In this document: positions 36,169 to 46,875 of the stretch, piece after piece
Numbering within the stretch: the stretch's first letter is position 1
Layout: the number at the start of each line of letters is the position of its first letter
Source: Paraspadella gotoi
Lineage: Eukaryota; Animalia; Chaetognatha
Assembly: GCA_051294375.1 (NCBI GenBank)
Contig: CM119263.1
Coordinates: 20,894,684-20,958,683 of the forward strand
Length of the DNA stretch: 64,000 bases
Direction: 5' to 3'
Program-made: the position numbers and the translations under genes
The notes under the pieces: generated by a model
Told to the model about the DNA's origin: nothing
The model's database searches: none
Seen by the model: only the letters and a program-made list of their open reading frames with translations

Positions 36169-39100
36169 TTCCTGAAACTAAGAATTTTTTTAAGGAAATT
36201 TTTTTAAATGGATAATTTTATATGCATCGCCACTGCAAAAACATTAAAGTGCTCACTTTCTCTCCCTCTCCCTCTAGAGCTTTATCTCCTTCATGATATA
36301 TCAATATGTCCATTAATTTATCAAAACAATGCCGCTTTCTCTTTAACTCTTCCGTTTTTCCCCCAAGAACGATTTATATTAACTTAGGAGCCGACGTCGT
36401 TCTTACAGATCGAAGAAGATATTTTCAATGGATATTTTCGTTCAAATGTGACTACCAAACAATATAAACGTTCCTGGGAAAAATTCCGGTAAAAAATCGA
36501 TGTAAAAACACTTGATTCTGATCCTGTTGTATCTGAAGGGCTCGCATTTTTTTTCTATTGTCAAATCATCAACATCTTGATATCAAACAAGCCAGAACAA
36601 ATAGACTGCTTCTGGATGGAAAAATTTTTTATCTCTGATTTTATATAGAAATGAAAGGGATTTTTTTCTTTGAAAACGATATAAACGTGACTAAGGTATG
36701 TTCCTGTTCAACAAATGACGTCCAATTTTGAAATCCTTTGGCAAAGTGTCTGAAGGTCTCTAAAAATTTTTCTTTATATTTTATTTGGTTATTTTGATAT
36801 GATACAATCATGGGAAAGTGAATTAGTCCATTTTGGTGAAATTTTTATTTAAAGTAAAAATAAAAGAAGAGCTAACGATCGGAATTCTAAGAGTTTTCAA
36901 CCGGGAGTCAGATTCGGGAAAAATTTTTTATGGCAAAAATCTTCCGAAGAAGGGGTAGGGATTAGCCAGTATTCGACGAAATTTTTATTTCTTCTATCGG
37001 CCGAAAAATAATAGGGAATTTTGATACCAAAAAACAAGGCTTTTTGAAATATTTACTGTATGGAAAATAGTGAAAGAAAAATTTTATTTTTTGAATATAG
37101 GTAGCGTAAGCGTAACTCTAACTAAAAACCGAAAAAGAATCTTTCAAATAAGAAAAATATTGAAATAGTACACAAAGCAATATTTCTTTTTATTGTAGCG
37201 CAAAAACTAGGCTTTCCTCGCAAAACCTCTGGTTATAGGAGATGCAAATGTATTTTCTCTCAAGGTATTTATCATTGATAATTCCCAAAAATGATGCGCA
37301 AAAATGCGCCAGCAGCAGTTCTGGCGATAGTCATTTTATATATTATTTCCTACTGTATATTAAGGCCTATGAATCATCAATATGTATGAAACTGATATAA
37401 TATATTTATTATGATCTTAGATTTATCGTGCCTTTTTTCTGCTTACAATCTTTCCTCATTTGCTTAATATACATGATACCTGTAATAATTAAATGGGTAT
37501 TTATCTTTTAGTCTTTATTTTTAACAAATTTCAAATAAACCTAAAGACCCATTATTGATCCACAATTTCTGATACTTTGACTAAAATTGGTCCACTGGGT
37601 TTTATGTTTAGTATCTTTGTTTGTTTTTATCTATGATTTGAGATTTATTTTCGGTATTCGTTTTCTCTTTGATTTTAAAGAATCAAAACCAGAAAAATAA
37701 TCGACTTTGAATCGGAGATTGTATATAAATAAAGGAGAAAAGAAAGGAGGAAGGGGAAAGAGATAAGGGGATAAAGTGGCTCAGTTTTACGTCAATTTAC
37801 GCCATTCTACGCCAAAGCATCTTAACTTAATAGTTTATTTGGAAATGAAAAAAGTTTTTACGCCACAAAATTAAATGATATTAATATGGTTTTCTGTCCA
37901 TTTTACGCCATTCTACGCCACATCTTATAAAAAGAGCCAGATAAATCTAAAAAACTTAACTTATAGTTTTACTAGAAAACAATCAGAAGTCTTTACGCCA
38001 CATCATGATATCATATTAAACCTTCATTTACCTTCATTTCACCCCATTTTACGCCACAATTCTTTTTCAAAATTTAAATATAAACATTTACAATTATTTA
38101 ACTTTGTATATTTTAACATTTTTTTTTTGAAAATCATTAACGCCACATATGTAATTAGGAAATAATACGTTTTGGCGTAGTTTTTACGCCACCAGCGCCA
38201 ACAAACACGTAAAAAAAAAGAAATCAGATCTGAATCCAATACAACAATGTATACTTAATTAGAAAAAAGCGTTTTTCAAAAATTTTGTTGAATATCCTTG
38301 ACAGCAGTAAGGAGGCAGAAACGTTACTCCAAATTGACGTAAATCAGTTGGCGTAAATCAAATATTTAAAAAGTCAAACTTGGAATTAACGATTAGTTTA
38401 ATATAAGGTTTAAACCATCGAATGGAAGAAAATTAGTATTTCTAAAGTTTTTGTGCAATACCCTAGAAGGGGTGGTTTTTCCGACGATTTTGGTTAATAT
38501 TTTCTATATTTATGGTCGGATTTTTTTAAAACTTAATATTAACAATATTGCTATCATTCTACCTTGGCCGGTATAAATATATTAAAAAAACCTCTGACTT
38601 TGATCGTCAGAGCTCAGTCCTAATTAACTAAAGCCCAAAAAAAAACTTGTTACGCTTTCATTCATAACGCAAATAAATGGAGAACTAACTTCCTTTATTT
38701 TTCTTTCTTTTTTTCATTCTTCCTTTCATTCATTATTTTTTTCCTTCTTTCTTTTTTTCTATCTTTCTTTCTTTCCATTTTTTTCCTTAATGCTTTCTCT
38801 CTTTTTTTGGTCTTGTTGCTTTCAAACTTTATAGTTTGTAGAAACTCTTTTCCTATTCTCCAATATTTTGTTCCTACAGTAACAGTTCATACCTTTCTCC
38901 TAAAAAAGTGAACTTCTTTTTTTTTCATTGTTCTTTTATCTTTTCGTGTTTTTCGAATAAATTTTTGAGTGGCGCCATTTTCGTCGCCGAAAAAAAAAAC
39001 GCATCGACGCAGCTGGCGAATCGCGAGGCGGCGCTTTTTAGCGGCGACGCAGGATCGTTCGGAAAATTTTGGAAACAAATAAGCATCCAGTTCGACGAAC

Positions 39101-39289
39101 TAGGGACGCCGCTCGAGGGCGTTGTTTAATCGAAAGTTGGTGCCTCGCCGAAATCGTGATACGCCTTCAACCCGCCATGTTAGGGAAAAGGTTGACGGTG
39201 ATCTTTTGACGCGAGGAAAAACGAAGGTCTGTAGTCGGGCATTGCATAAGTTCACCCCGCCTAGAAGCATGACACTTTCAGTCGTGACC

Positions 39290-39570
39290 CCGGGGGCTCA
39301 TTGAGCTCATGACCACTAAGTACCGGGTTCAATCCCAACCCGGTACCTACCCTGTGGGAAGCGTGAGGACGGCCGTGAGGACGGGGCGTAGCAAACCCTC
39401 AAGCCTGGTTCCAAGCACAGGGACCCGTTCCTGGGCTGCTAGAGGGGGTTATAGAAGTCACGGACAGTCATCTTCAGCCCACGCAGCGCCTGATCCACAG
39501 GTCTAACGATGGCGTGGGTTGATAGATTAAAGTGCTGAAGCCTCCTAATGCAATAAAGAGCCAACCTTTT
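39290..39570 (+). mobile_element. tRNA-type SINE with structured GC-rich body
   Basis: B-box-like GGTTCAATCC within the hairpin GTACCGGGTT/AACCCGGTAC. Body aaaccctcaagcctggttccaagc recurs, degenerate, at 58655-58790, with its head at 56172-56209. Confidence 0.55.
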
Positions 39571-39584
39571 GACATAAACTATTT

Positions 39585-39590
39585 TTTATT
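39585..39590 (-). promoter_or_regulatory. Candidate poly(A) signal for the five-exon gene
   Basis: AATAAA on the minus strand ~205 nt downstream of the TGA at 39795; weak evidence in AT-rich DNA. Confidence 0.35.
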
Positions 39591-39794
39591 TTAAAAAATT
39601 GAGTTTATGGGATTCACCAGTCGAAATTTTGTCACGATTTTCTAAATTCACTCTTTCTTTTTTTTTAAACAAAATTAAACTATACTCTGTAATTTACAGC
39701 TTATTCTATTTCAGTGAATTTACGTTAACCTGATTAATTTACAGTCGTCGTTAAACTTATAATTTCTAGAAGCGAATCCGCGGATCTTTTGGTT

Positions 39795-40021
39795 TCACTT
39801 TCCCGCGTTAGATTTCCTCGCGCCCGGCGCCATGGACTTTCTCGCTCCCGGTGCCATGGATTTTCTGGCGCCTGGAGCCATCGATTTGCGGGCGCCGGAA
39901 GTGGATTTTCTTGGGCCTACCGAGGCGGACTTTCTCGGTCCACCGAGCGATTTCCTCGGCTCGTCTCCTGGTGAGGCGGGCTTGTTCGCGCCGCCTGAAG
40001 AGGGCGACTCTTTCTTACTTT
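39795..40021 (-). CDS. Exon 5 (ARKS-repeat tail)
   Basis: Acceptor atgttag|AA keeps the frame; repeat codons differ mainly at synonymous positions; TGA at 39795-39797. The acceptor lacks a polypyrimidine tract, so the exact junction is less certain. Confidence 0.75.
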
Positions 40022-40033
40022 CTAACATCTAAT

Positions 40034-40109
<76 letters not shown>

Positions 40110-40968
40110 TATTTCATACCCGAAGCGTCGGCCTGATTTGGATTTTGATTCTGCGCCTGATTGGCCGCATTACCTGAACGAAAGACACAATAGGAAAGAA
40201 TGAGAAACTAAAATAAAAATAATTTAAAAAAATAAAAATAGAATAAACCAAATAAAATCAATTCTGTAGAAAAAAAAAATCCGCCACTCACCCGCGCAGC
40301 CGCAGTTGAACGCTGGGATCGTCTGTCCGCACATCCCGCACATTCCCATCGGCGCCGGAAATCCGGGCGGCGTCGGCACGCAGGGCGGAAGCCAGGGCGG
40401 GCGAGGGCCGAAGACGCCGTAGGTTATGGGGCCGGGCGGAGAGGGGAAAAGGCCTGGAGGTGGGGTGAAGAGAGGGAGATAGAATCATAGAAAGGTCGTA
40501 AAAGCATATTCCGCCTTCTTTGGACGCAAGGAGAAGGTCATAGTTGCCGATGGGGAAGTGTACCAATTTTCATACGATTTTTATTTTTTTTTAATGGTCC
40601 AAACATTTTTTTTAAATTCAGTTCCAAAAGACCTGGACCTCCCTGTAGAACCATGTGACCTTCCCTCCACCGCGTTCACCGCCCATTTTACAACAAACAA
40701 ACAAACAACAAATGAAGGAACATCGGCGTAAACAGTCGTCCGGTACCGTATGGACCGCAGGGCATCGGACGCTGAAACCCGAAGGGCGACATCCAGGGAC
40801 AAGGCGGCGGCGGCGAAGCGCCGACCATCGACGATCGCCAATCGCAAGGATGGATTTGACAATTGGGCACCTGCAGAGAAGGAGGAGTGTGGAGGGGAAG
40901 GAGGCCAGAGAGGGGAAAAGGGAGGGGAAGGGTAAGGACAGGTCGTCGGGGAGAAGGAGTAAACAAAA

Positions 40969-41059
<91 letters not shown>

Positions 41060-41463
41060 AACTCAGCGCCACCACTCTCCAAATGAAGGCGACAGTTGCA
41101 AATTAAAAACTGCAATGACACACAACAAACAACCCGAATTCAATCGAAACACAAACTTTGCAGGACGTCCTCGACGAATTCCCTCGTCGAATGATCGTTA
41201 TGGACATCTCGATGGGACGACGACGACAGTGACGACGACGACAACGACTCCGACGAACAAAACGACGAAAAGAATCCGTGGGAAAAAATAAACAAAAAAC
41301 CCCACAAAAAACAAACGATAAATAACGTCAATAAATTCTGCCTTTTAAAATCTTGGCTAATGACGGCGAAGATGTCTATCGACGAACCGGACGGCGGTGA
41401 AAGTTTGAAGCGATTCCGTGAAAAACGAGACAGATACGGTGGACTCGCTCTCGCTAGACTTGG

Positions 41464-41522
<59 letters not shown>

Positions 41523-41821
41523 GAGGAGAGAGAGAGAGAGAAGAGAGAGATAATCACCTTGCACGAGGATCCGCAGCAGCTAGATCCCCCCTTCTCCCCG
41601 TCGAACACGATGATCGGCGCCTGCTGCGGCGCCTGCTGCTGTCGGCGCCAAATCTCGCGGCGCTGATGGTCTCTTTCTTCGCGGCGCTCGTCTCGCTGGT
41701 CGAGGAACTTGAGGCAGTTCATGAGGCGCCAGTCGGTTGGATGACATGGCGCCGAAGATGGAGAAAAGGGGAAGGGAGAATCGTTGCATGGCGTCAAGGC
41801 GCAGGCGGTCGTGTCGCACAT
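39795..41821 (-). CDS. Five-exon gene, 276-aa Cys/Pro-rich protein with C-terminal tandem H3-tail-like ARKS repeats: join complement(41558-41821, 40747-40870, 40292-40453, 40120-40173, 39795-40021)
   Basis: gccATG start; four GT-AG introns (phases 0,1,1,1) give one 831-nt frame without stops; exons are GC/CpG-rich islands in AT-rich DNA. Protein: MCDTTACALTPCNDSPFPFS...GGSSCCGSSCK|VPNCQIHPCDW...MPCGPYG|LFPSPPGP...MCGMCGQTIPAFNCGCAG|NAANQAQNQNPNQADASE|SKKESP...PRKSLGGPRKSASVGPRKSTSGARKSMAPGARKSMAPGARKSMAPGARKSNAGK*. No family recognised. Confidence 0.8.
40035..40110. repeat. (TTTC)n microsatellite filling intron 4
   Basis: Read directly. Confidence 0.95.
40120..40173 (-). CDS. Exon 4 (Asn/Gln-rich linker)
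   Basis: Acceptor tctttcgttcag|GT; donor CGG|GTATGA; 54 nt. Confidence 0.7.
40292..40453 (-). CDS. Exon 3
   Basis: Acceptor ccccacctccag|GC; donor CGG|GTGAGT; 162 nt. Confidence 0.8.
40747..40870 (-). CDS. Exon 2
   Basis: Acceptor tccttctctgcag|GTG; donor ACG|GTACCG (weak); 124 nt. Confidence 0.75.
41558..41821 (-). CDS. Exon 1 (88 codons)
   Basis: ATG at 41821; donor AAG|GTGATT; 264 nt. Confidence 0.75.
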
Positions 41822-42299
41822 GGCGGGAAGAGACGGCGGGAGAAAAGTTGTTTTTTACGGTTTTTTCCCTTTTTTAATTCCTTTTACTTATTTATTTTTT
41901 AATCCGAGAAATACTTTACAGGTATTTTGTGTTTGATATACGCGGATCGCGATTTCGGACGAGATTCGTAGTTTAGATTATTATTTTTTGGTTTCTTTTT
42001 TACAATTTGGATCTTTTGCTTCGTTTTTCGTTTCTTAACAAATTCGCAAAACGTTTTAGTTTTTACTATCGCGTTATTGTACGTCCCGCGATTAGGAGAA
42101 CCTAGATGGTCGACGTTTAGGTGATTACGTTAACAATCACGGCACAAAAGACCGCATGGAATTGTTTTTAAATATTTTATATTTTTTTTATAAAATTTCC
42201 TATTTAATAGAATATCCTTGATTTATTTTTAAGTAAATAGTAATATAAATTTCCGTTCATTTCATTCATATCGTTCATTTTATTCATTCTTCCCGCATT

Positions 42300-42870
42300 A
42301 TCGAGCCTACCGGCGAAGCCGGTTCAGGCTCGATATTGATTCGTGTGAGCTTCTTTGTGACGTCGTCGTCGTCGTCGTCACGCATTTTTATATAAAAACT
42401 ACTACGCTTTTATAGTTTTGGCTGGGACTTACCTTTTTTTTTAAATAAAAATTATTATAAATTATGTTTTAAATTAAGTTTTATAAAAGTGAGCGATCAT
42501 AGTAAGTTAAAAATTTAGATATGGCTTCTCATCTTGAAATAAAAATTTTCATATTACATTTGGATTCAAGTATTTTTTGTTTGAATTTCCACTTCATTAT
42601 GATTTACTGCAATATGCAAATGAGATTATAGTACTCATAATATCCAAATTAGTATATAGAAATGCTTTAATCTAATTTACATATTGCAGTAAATAATATT
42701 GAAGATGAAATTTATATACAAATCTATGAATCAATTAAAAACATGTGAAGTCAAAAGAACTTTTTAATGAGAAGCTATATCTTAATTTTAGTTAATACAA
42801 ATAAAAATAAAAACTGTTTACAAGCTATGATTGGAAAAAATATAAAATTTCCAATTGTAAAACATTGTGT
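42300..42870 (+). mobile_element. Helentron/DINE-1-like element, 5' part
   Basis: Clearest head: ATCGAGCCT-a-CCGGCGAAGCCGG-ttc-AGGCTCGAT, then (GTC)n and a body matching ~1130-1670. Confidence 0.6.
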
Positions 42871-44019
42871 AGTAGAGAAGTAGAAAATCGACGTTCGTGT
42901 TCGGGCGAGGGGGGATCAGGATTCCGGTTTTCATCGCTTTTTTTTTTGGTCACCGTCTTAATTTCCCCGCCACGAAGACAAATTAAATATTATAAAAATA
43001 TGTTAGAATTTTCGAAAACGGGTGCGTCTTGGGAAGCACCGTGCCGGTGGAGCACGATCGAAAATTCGGTCCTTGATATGGTACGATGACCACCGCATAG
43101 TGGACTGGTTTTTACGGCGGTTTTTCTTGTCGTAACTTGGACTTTACTCGTTCTCCTGACTTTAGACTAAATATATTAGGTATGGTTGACACCAGTCAGA
43201 ATAAGATTCGTTACTTGTCTACATCAGGGTATCTATTTTTTAAAATAAATTACCAAGCTTGCTTGTTTAATTTAACAATCCTGTTAACTATAGTTTTTCA
43301 GGCATTAATTCCCGCGTGTCGCAGTCTAATTAGTTCTTTTAAACTGACTGAGAGATCAATTCTGCGCGTGTCTTATGTTTCTGGGTGGAGCACTCAAAAA
43401 ATTTCACGTGTTATTAATATGAAATAAAGAAGAATTCCTTGACTTTTGTCCTGCTCTGGACTCTTTACACGGCCCTGAACGCGCATAACTTACGTTTCCG
43501 CCAGAACCAAATCGAAAGCCATGGCACTTCGTCGAGCCAGCCGCGGTACACGAATCAGAAGAATGTTGATTTTCGTGTTTAATAACATTATTCCCGCCGA
43601 TTTTTTCTTTTTTTTTCAGAAAATTATAATGATTAGAATAGATTTTACGTTAAATAGCTGCTTTTATTGTTATTTTAGAGAAAATTTGGATGTTCGTAAA
43701 ACTGCGCGGCGTTTTTGACCGGTAGTCACGTCTAGTTAAAAACGTCGATGATATTTTTCGAGAACCATCAACTATTTGCCCAAAAGTTAACAGGCTTCAT
43801 AATTACAAATACTGAAGAGCTGTCTCAATCGATCATCCGACCCCGAGTGGACTCCAAAGTTGCCGCTTTGCGCTCGTCCGCGACGGCCATCACGAATGCT
43901 AATGATGGCCATTCCAGATTTCTCGAGCGCCGTTCTTTTCGCCTCGACTTCGGCGGGCCGACGAGATGTGAGTCTCCACTGACCATCTCAAGCCTGTTGG
44001 CAGTTGGAATAATGGCAAG

Positions 44020-44425
44020 TTAGGGATAGGGGTAAATGAGGTTAAGAGTAAATAAGGGTAAATTGAGGGTAAATTAGGGTTGAGGGTAAATAGGGTTGGG
44101 GTAAATTAGGGTTGGGGGAAATTAGGGTTGGGGGTAAATTAGGGTTGGGGGTAAATGTAGGGTTTGGGGGTAACATTAGGGTTGGGGTAAATTAAGGTTA
44201 AGGGTAAATTAAGGTAAGGTAAAATTAAGGTTAAGGGTAAATTAGGGTTATGGGTAAATTAGGGTTATGGGTAAATTAGGGTTATGGGTAAATTTAGGGT
44301 AAATTAGGGTTAGCGGGTAAATTAGGGTTAGGGTTAAATTGGGGTTGGGGGTAAATTAGAGTTGGAGTAAATTAGGGTTGGGGGTAAATTAAGGTTAAGG
44401 GTAAATTAGGGTTAAGGGTAAATTA
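44020..44425 (+). repeat. Telomere-like G-rich minisatellite (~17-18-bp unit gggtaaattagggtt[a/g])
   Basis: About 20 or more units, most containing TTAGGG or TTAAGG. Confidence 0.9.
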
Positions 44426-44574
44426 AAAAGAATTCTACTCTGGGCGTTGCATCACCGCCCCTCCCGCCGAGGACTTTATTGGCAACGCAAAACAATGTCG
44501 ATTTTATGAAATTTAGCGGTAATCAGCTAACGGATAATAATGCACAATAATTCTTTATGATCTTTACAGTTTAT

Positions 44575-44949
44575 TAGAAGAGTTTGAAATGAATTTCAAC
44601 AACGATTTTATTTCTAATAATTTTAAAACAATATTTCTCTGTTGTACATTGCACAATGTTATTATTTTTCAAGTTTCTCACTCTCTCTCTCTCATACCAT
44701 TTCAATTTCTTTCACAAACTGGCTCTATTTGTTTCACCTTAAATCTGTCCTCACAATTGACCACTACCTTTGCTCAACTCTGTGTTGGAAACTTTGCTCT
44801 CTCTCTCTCACTCTTTCTTTAGTGCACATAATTTGTTTCAAATTCACTAACTTTTTTAATGCTGATGAAGGCTTGTAGTTAAGCCCGAAACATGTCCGTT
44901 TTTATTAAAAATAAAATTGTTTGTTGAAAATTCATTTCAAACTCTTCTA
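44575..44949 (+). mobile_element. Short PLE-derived hammerhead element with inverted terminal duplication
   Basis: Homologous to 72-548; 44575-44620 is an imperfect reverse complement of 44902-44949. Confidence 0.7.
44858..44900 (+). ncRNA. Minimal type-I hammerhead ribozyme motif (variant A)
   Basis: AATG-CTGATGA-A-GGCTT(gtagtt)AAGCC-c-GAAA-CATG-TC-CGTT. Confidence 0.8.
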
Positions 44950-45329
44950 TTTATAATTTAAAAAAATTTTATCAAATATAATATTTTAATATTTTGTTCA
45001 TTTTGTTTGATTTGCATGATTTTTTTTAAATTTTATAAATTTTTTCTACTTGCTTAATTTTTCAACTGCAAATTTTTTTTAACTTGTATACCTTTTTTAA
45101 AAAAAATTTAAGCAAAAGTAACGTTTGATTTTTTTTCATTTAAACTCAATTCCCGCGATTCCATCGAAACTATATTCAGTTCAATATTATAATTTCTACC
45201 TCTTTCACAAAATTGTATTCCAATCAATTTATCTAATCACGAGTAAGTGGAGTTTTTTGTTAGTGGAACGGAAAAACAGACAGATGGATCATCATTTTTT
45301 TGCATAATTTATTATACTATCTAGAAAAA

Positions 45330-45930
45330 AGTTAGAACATTTTTAATTGAGGATATCTGACTCGAACACTTGCTCGATGTTAAAAAATCAGGATGTTTCA
45401 GATTCTACACTAAATTTCCTTTCAGTTGCTTCCTTCCATTTTTTTCGTAGATCCAACCGTATAGAAGTTAGAGCAAAATAAGATTGCTACCTCAAGGTGA
45501 AAATGGCGGAAAAAATCGCCTTTAGTTTTCACAATTCTTGGTATTGAGTTATTGTTTCTATTTCAAATTGAGTTAGTTATTTTTTTCATTTTTTTTAAAT
45601 TTGGTTATCCGACATAAACAGCCCCTCTCTTTGTTTCATAAAGGTGCAATTGTAGCTCTGAGAAAAGAGGAAAGACGCAACAATTCATCAGCAATAGACT
45701 TGGAATCCCTCGTTCCACCATTGCAAATTTTTTATAGCGGAAAAACATTTCACCTTCGTACCTCAATTCGCTTTACGAGAGCATGCCCAGACGAAATGCA
45801 GGCAGTGGTCGATGCCGAGGGAGGGCATAACCAAAATATTGAGAATGTTTTACCCATGTTTTTATAATTTTTTATTGAATAAATGAACTTTTAAAAAAAA
45901 ATGTTTCTAACTTTTTTTCCTAGATAGTAA
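45330..45930 (+). repeat. Interspersed repeat; second copy at ~62270-62845
   Basis: Shared gtgaaaatggcggaaaaaatcgcctttagtttt, cataaaggtgc.attgtagctctgagaaaaga, cgtacctcaattcgctttacgaga, aatattgagaatgttttacccatgttt. Confidence 0.8.
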
Positions 45931-46369
45931 TTAAACGGTTCGATATGATAAAAAGGATTTACGAAAAAAAATTTTGGGTAGGACTAATAAAGTGGATTAT
46001 AAAATCGGAATCTGCTATAAATGATCTGACTAAAAATTATGTCAGAAATATAATATTAAATAATAAGTGTGAGTAATGCTTTTGATCAAAAAATTTAATC
46101 CAAAAGAAGTTATTATTATATATTAAAACTTGTTTGGTTTGGTTTTTCTTACTTTGTTTACTTTTAGTATGTGCCTTACTTATAATATAGTTTGTACATC
46201 TCCGTCGTCTCCCGTATTTCTTGCGTATTAATTTTGTGATTGTAACTGTTTGTGTGCATAGTGATTACTTTTATTAATTAGTAGTAGTCATTTGATTAAC
46301 TGTCTGTTTAAAATTTAGAATTTGCTCTGAGTGACTCTCGGTCGAGTCGCCGCCTCTGACCCGACGATG

Positions 46370-46875
46370 CTGAATCTCGTCTCCAAAGTCGACGGCGTTG
46401 ACGCCGCTTTCGCTGCCAGGAGATAACTTTCCGGCGTTATCACTGAATCTCCGTCGTATTAACCTCTGTCGCTATCTTTGGTTCCATTATTCCGCCCGCG
46501 CGTCACCTCTTCCTGGGACTTGGGGTGCGACACTCGTTCTCTCCCCACCGAGGATACTTCTTATAGGCTAACGCTCTCGACAGATCGGGCTCGCTCCTTG
46601 CCATCGCCGGCCACTACAACCGCCTTCCAAGACCGACAACACTAAACTATACGCCAAAGGCTTCGCCTCCACCACCAAACCACTCTCCCCGTCCTCGCCT
46701 CCTCCGTTACCCTTCTACATCGAGGATCCCGCCCCCAATCCGCGGCAGGATGGACTTGGCGTACATGAGGTCTCAAGCGGCGCTGCATCGTTAGTTTTAG
46801 CAAGAACCACGGAGAGAGGAATCCGTTTTACCAAAATCCGCTCAAGGATGAGTCTGTCCAGTTCTCAGCAAATAC
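46370..46875 (+). pseudogene. Degenerate Ty3/Gypsy-type RT-RNase H fragment
   Basis: GC-rich island giving, in order and across frameshifts: LSLNLRR, VT(F)LG, GSLLAIAGHYNRL (~RSFLGLAGYYRRF), AKGFASTTKPL (~KGFA.IAKPL), PFYIE..GLG..IRF..SRM. Confidence 0.5.

Noticed and set aside
39300-39350. Functional tRNA gene
   Set aside because: B-box-like motif present but no cloverleaf; it continues into a repeated body, so it is treated as a SINE head.
39795-40028. ARKS exon as a histone H3 or H1 gene/pseudogene
   Set aside because: No histone fold or winged-helix domain nearby and no ARTKQT start; motifs are C-terminal and tandem.
39832-40032. Plus-strand ORF with MDFLAPGA repeats
   Set aside because: Antisense shadow of the ARKS exon. 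Splice signals, start context and stop all support the minus strand.
43748-44023. 91-aa plus-strand ORF
   Set aside because: No recognisable homology or splice context; lies between repeats.
44020-44425. True telomere or chromosome-fusion site
   Set aside because: Unit is a 17-18-bp derivative rather than pure TTAGGG, in one orientation and internal.
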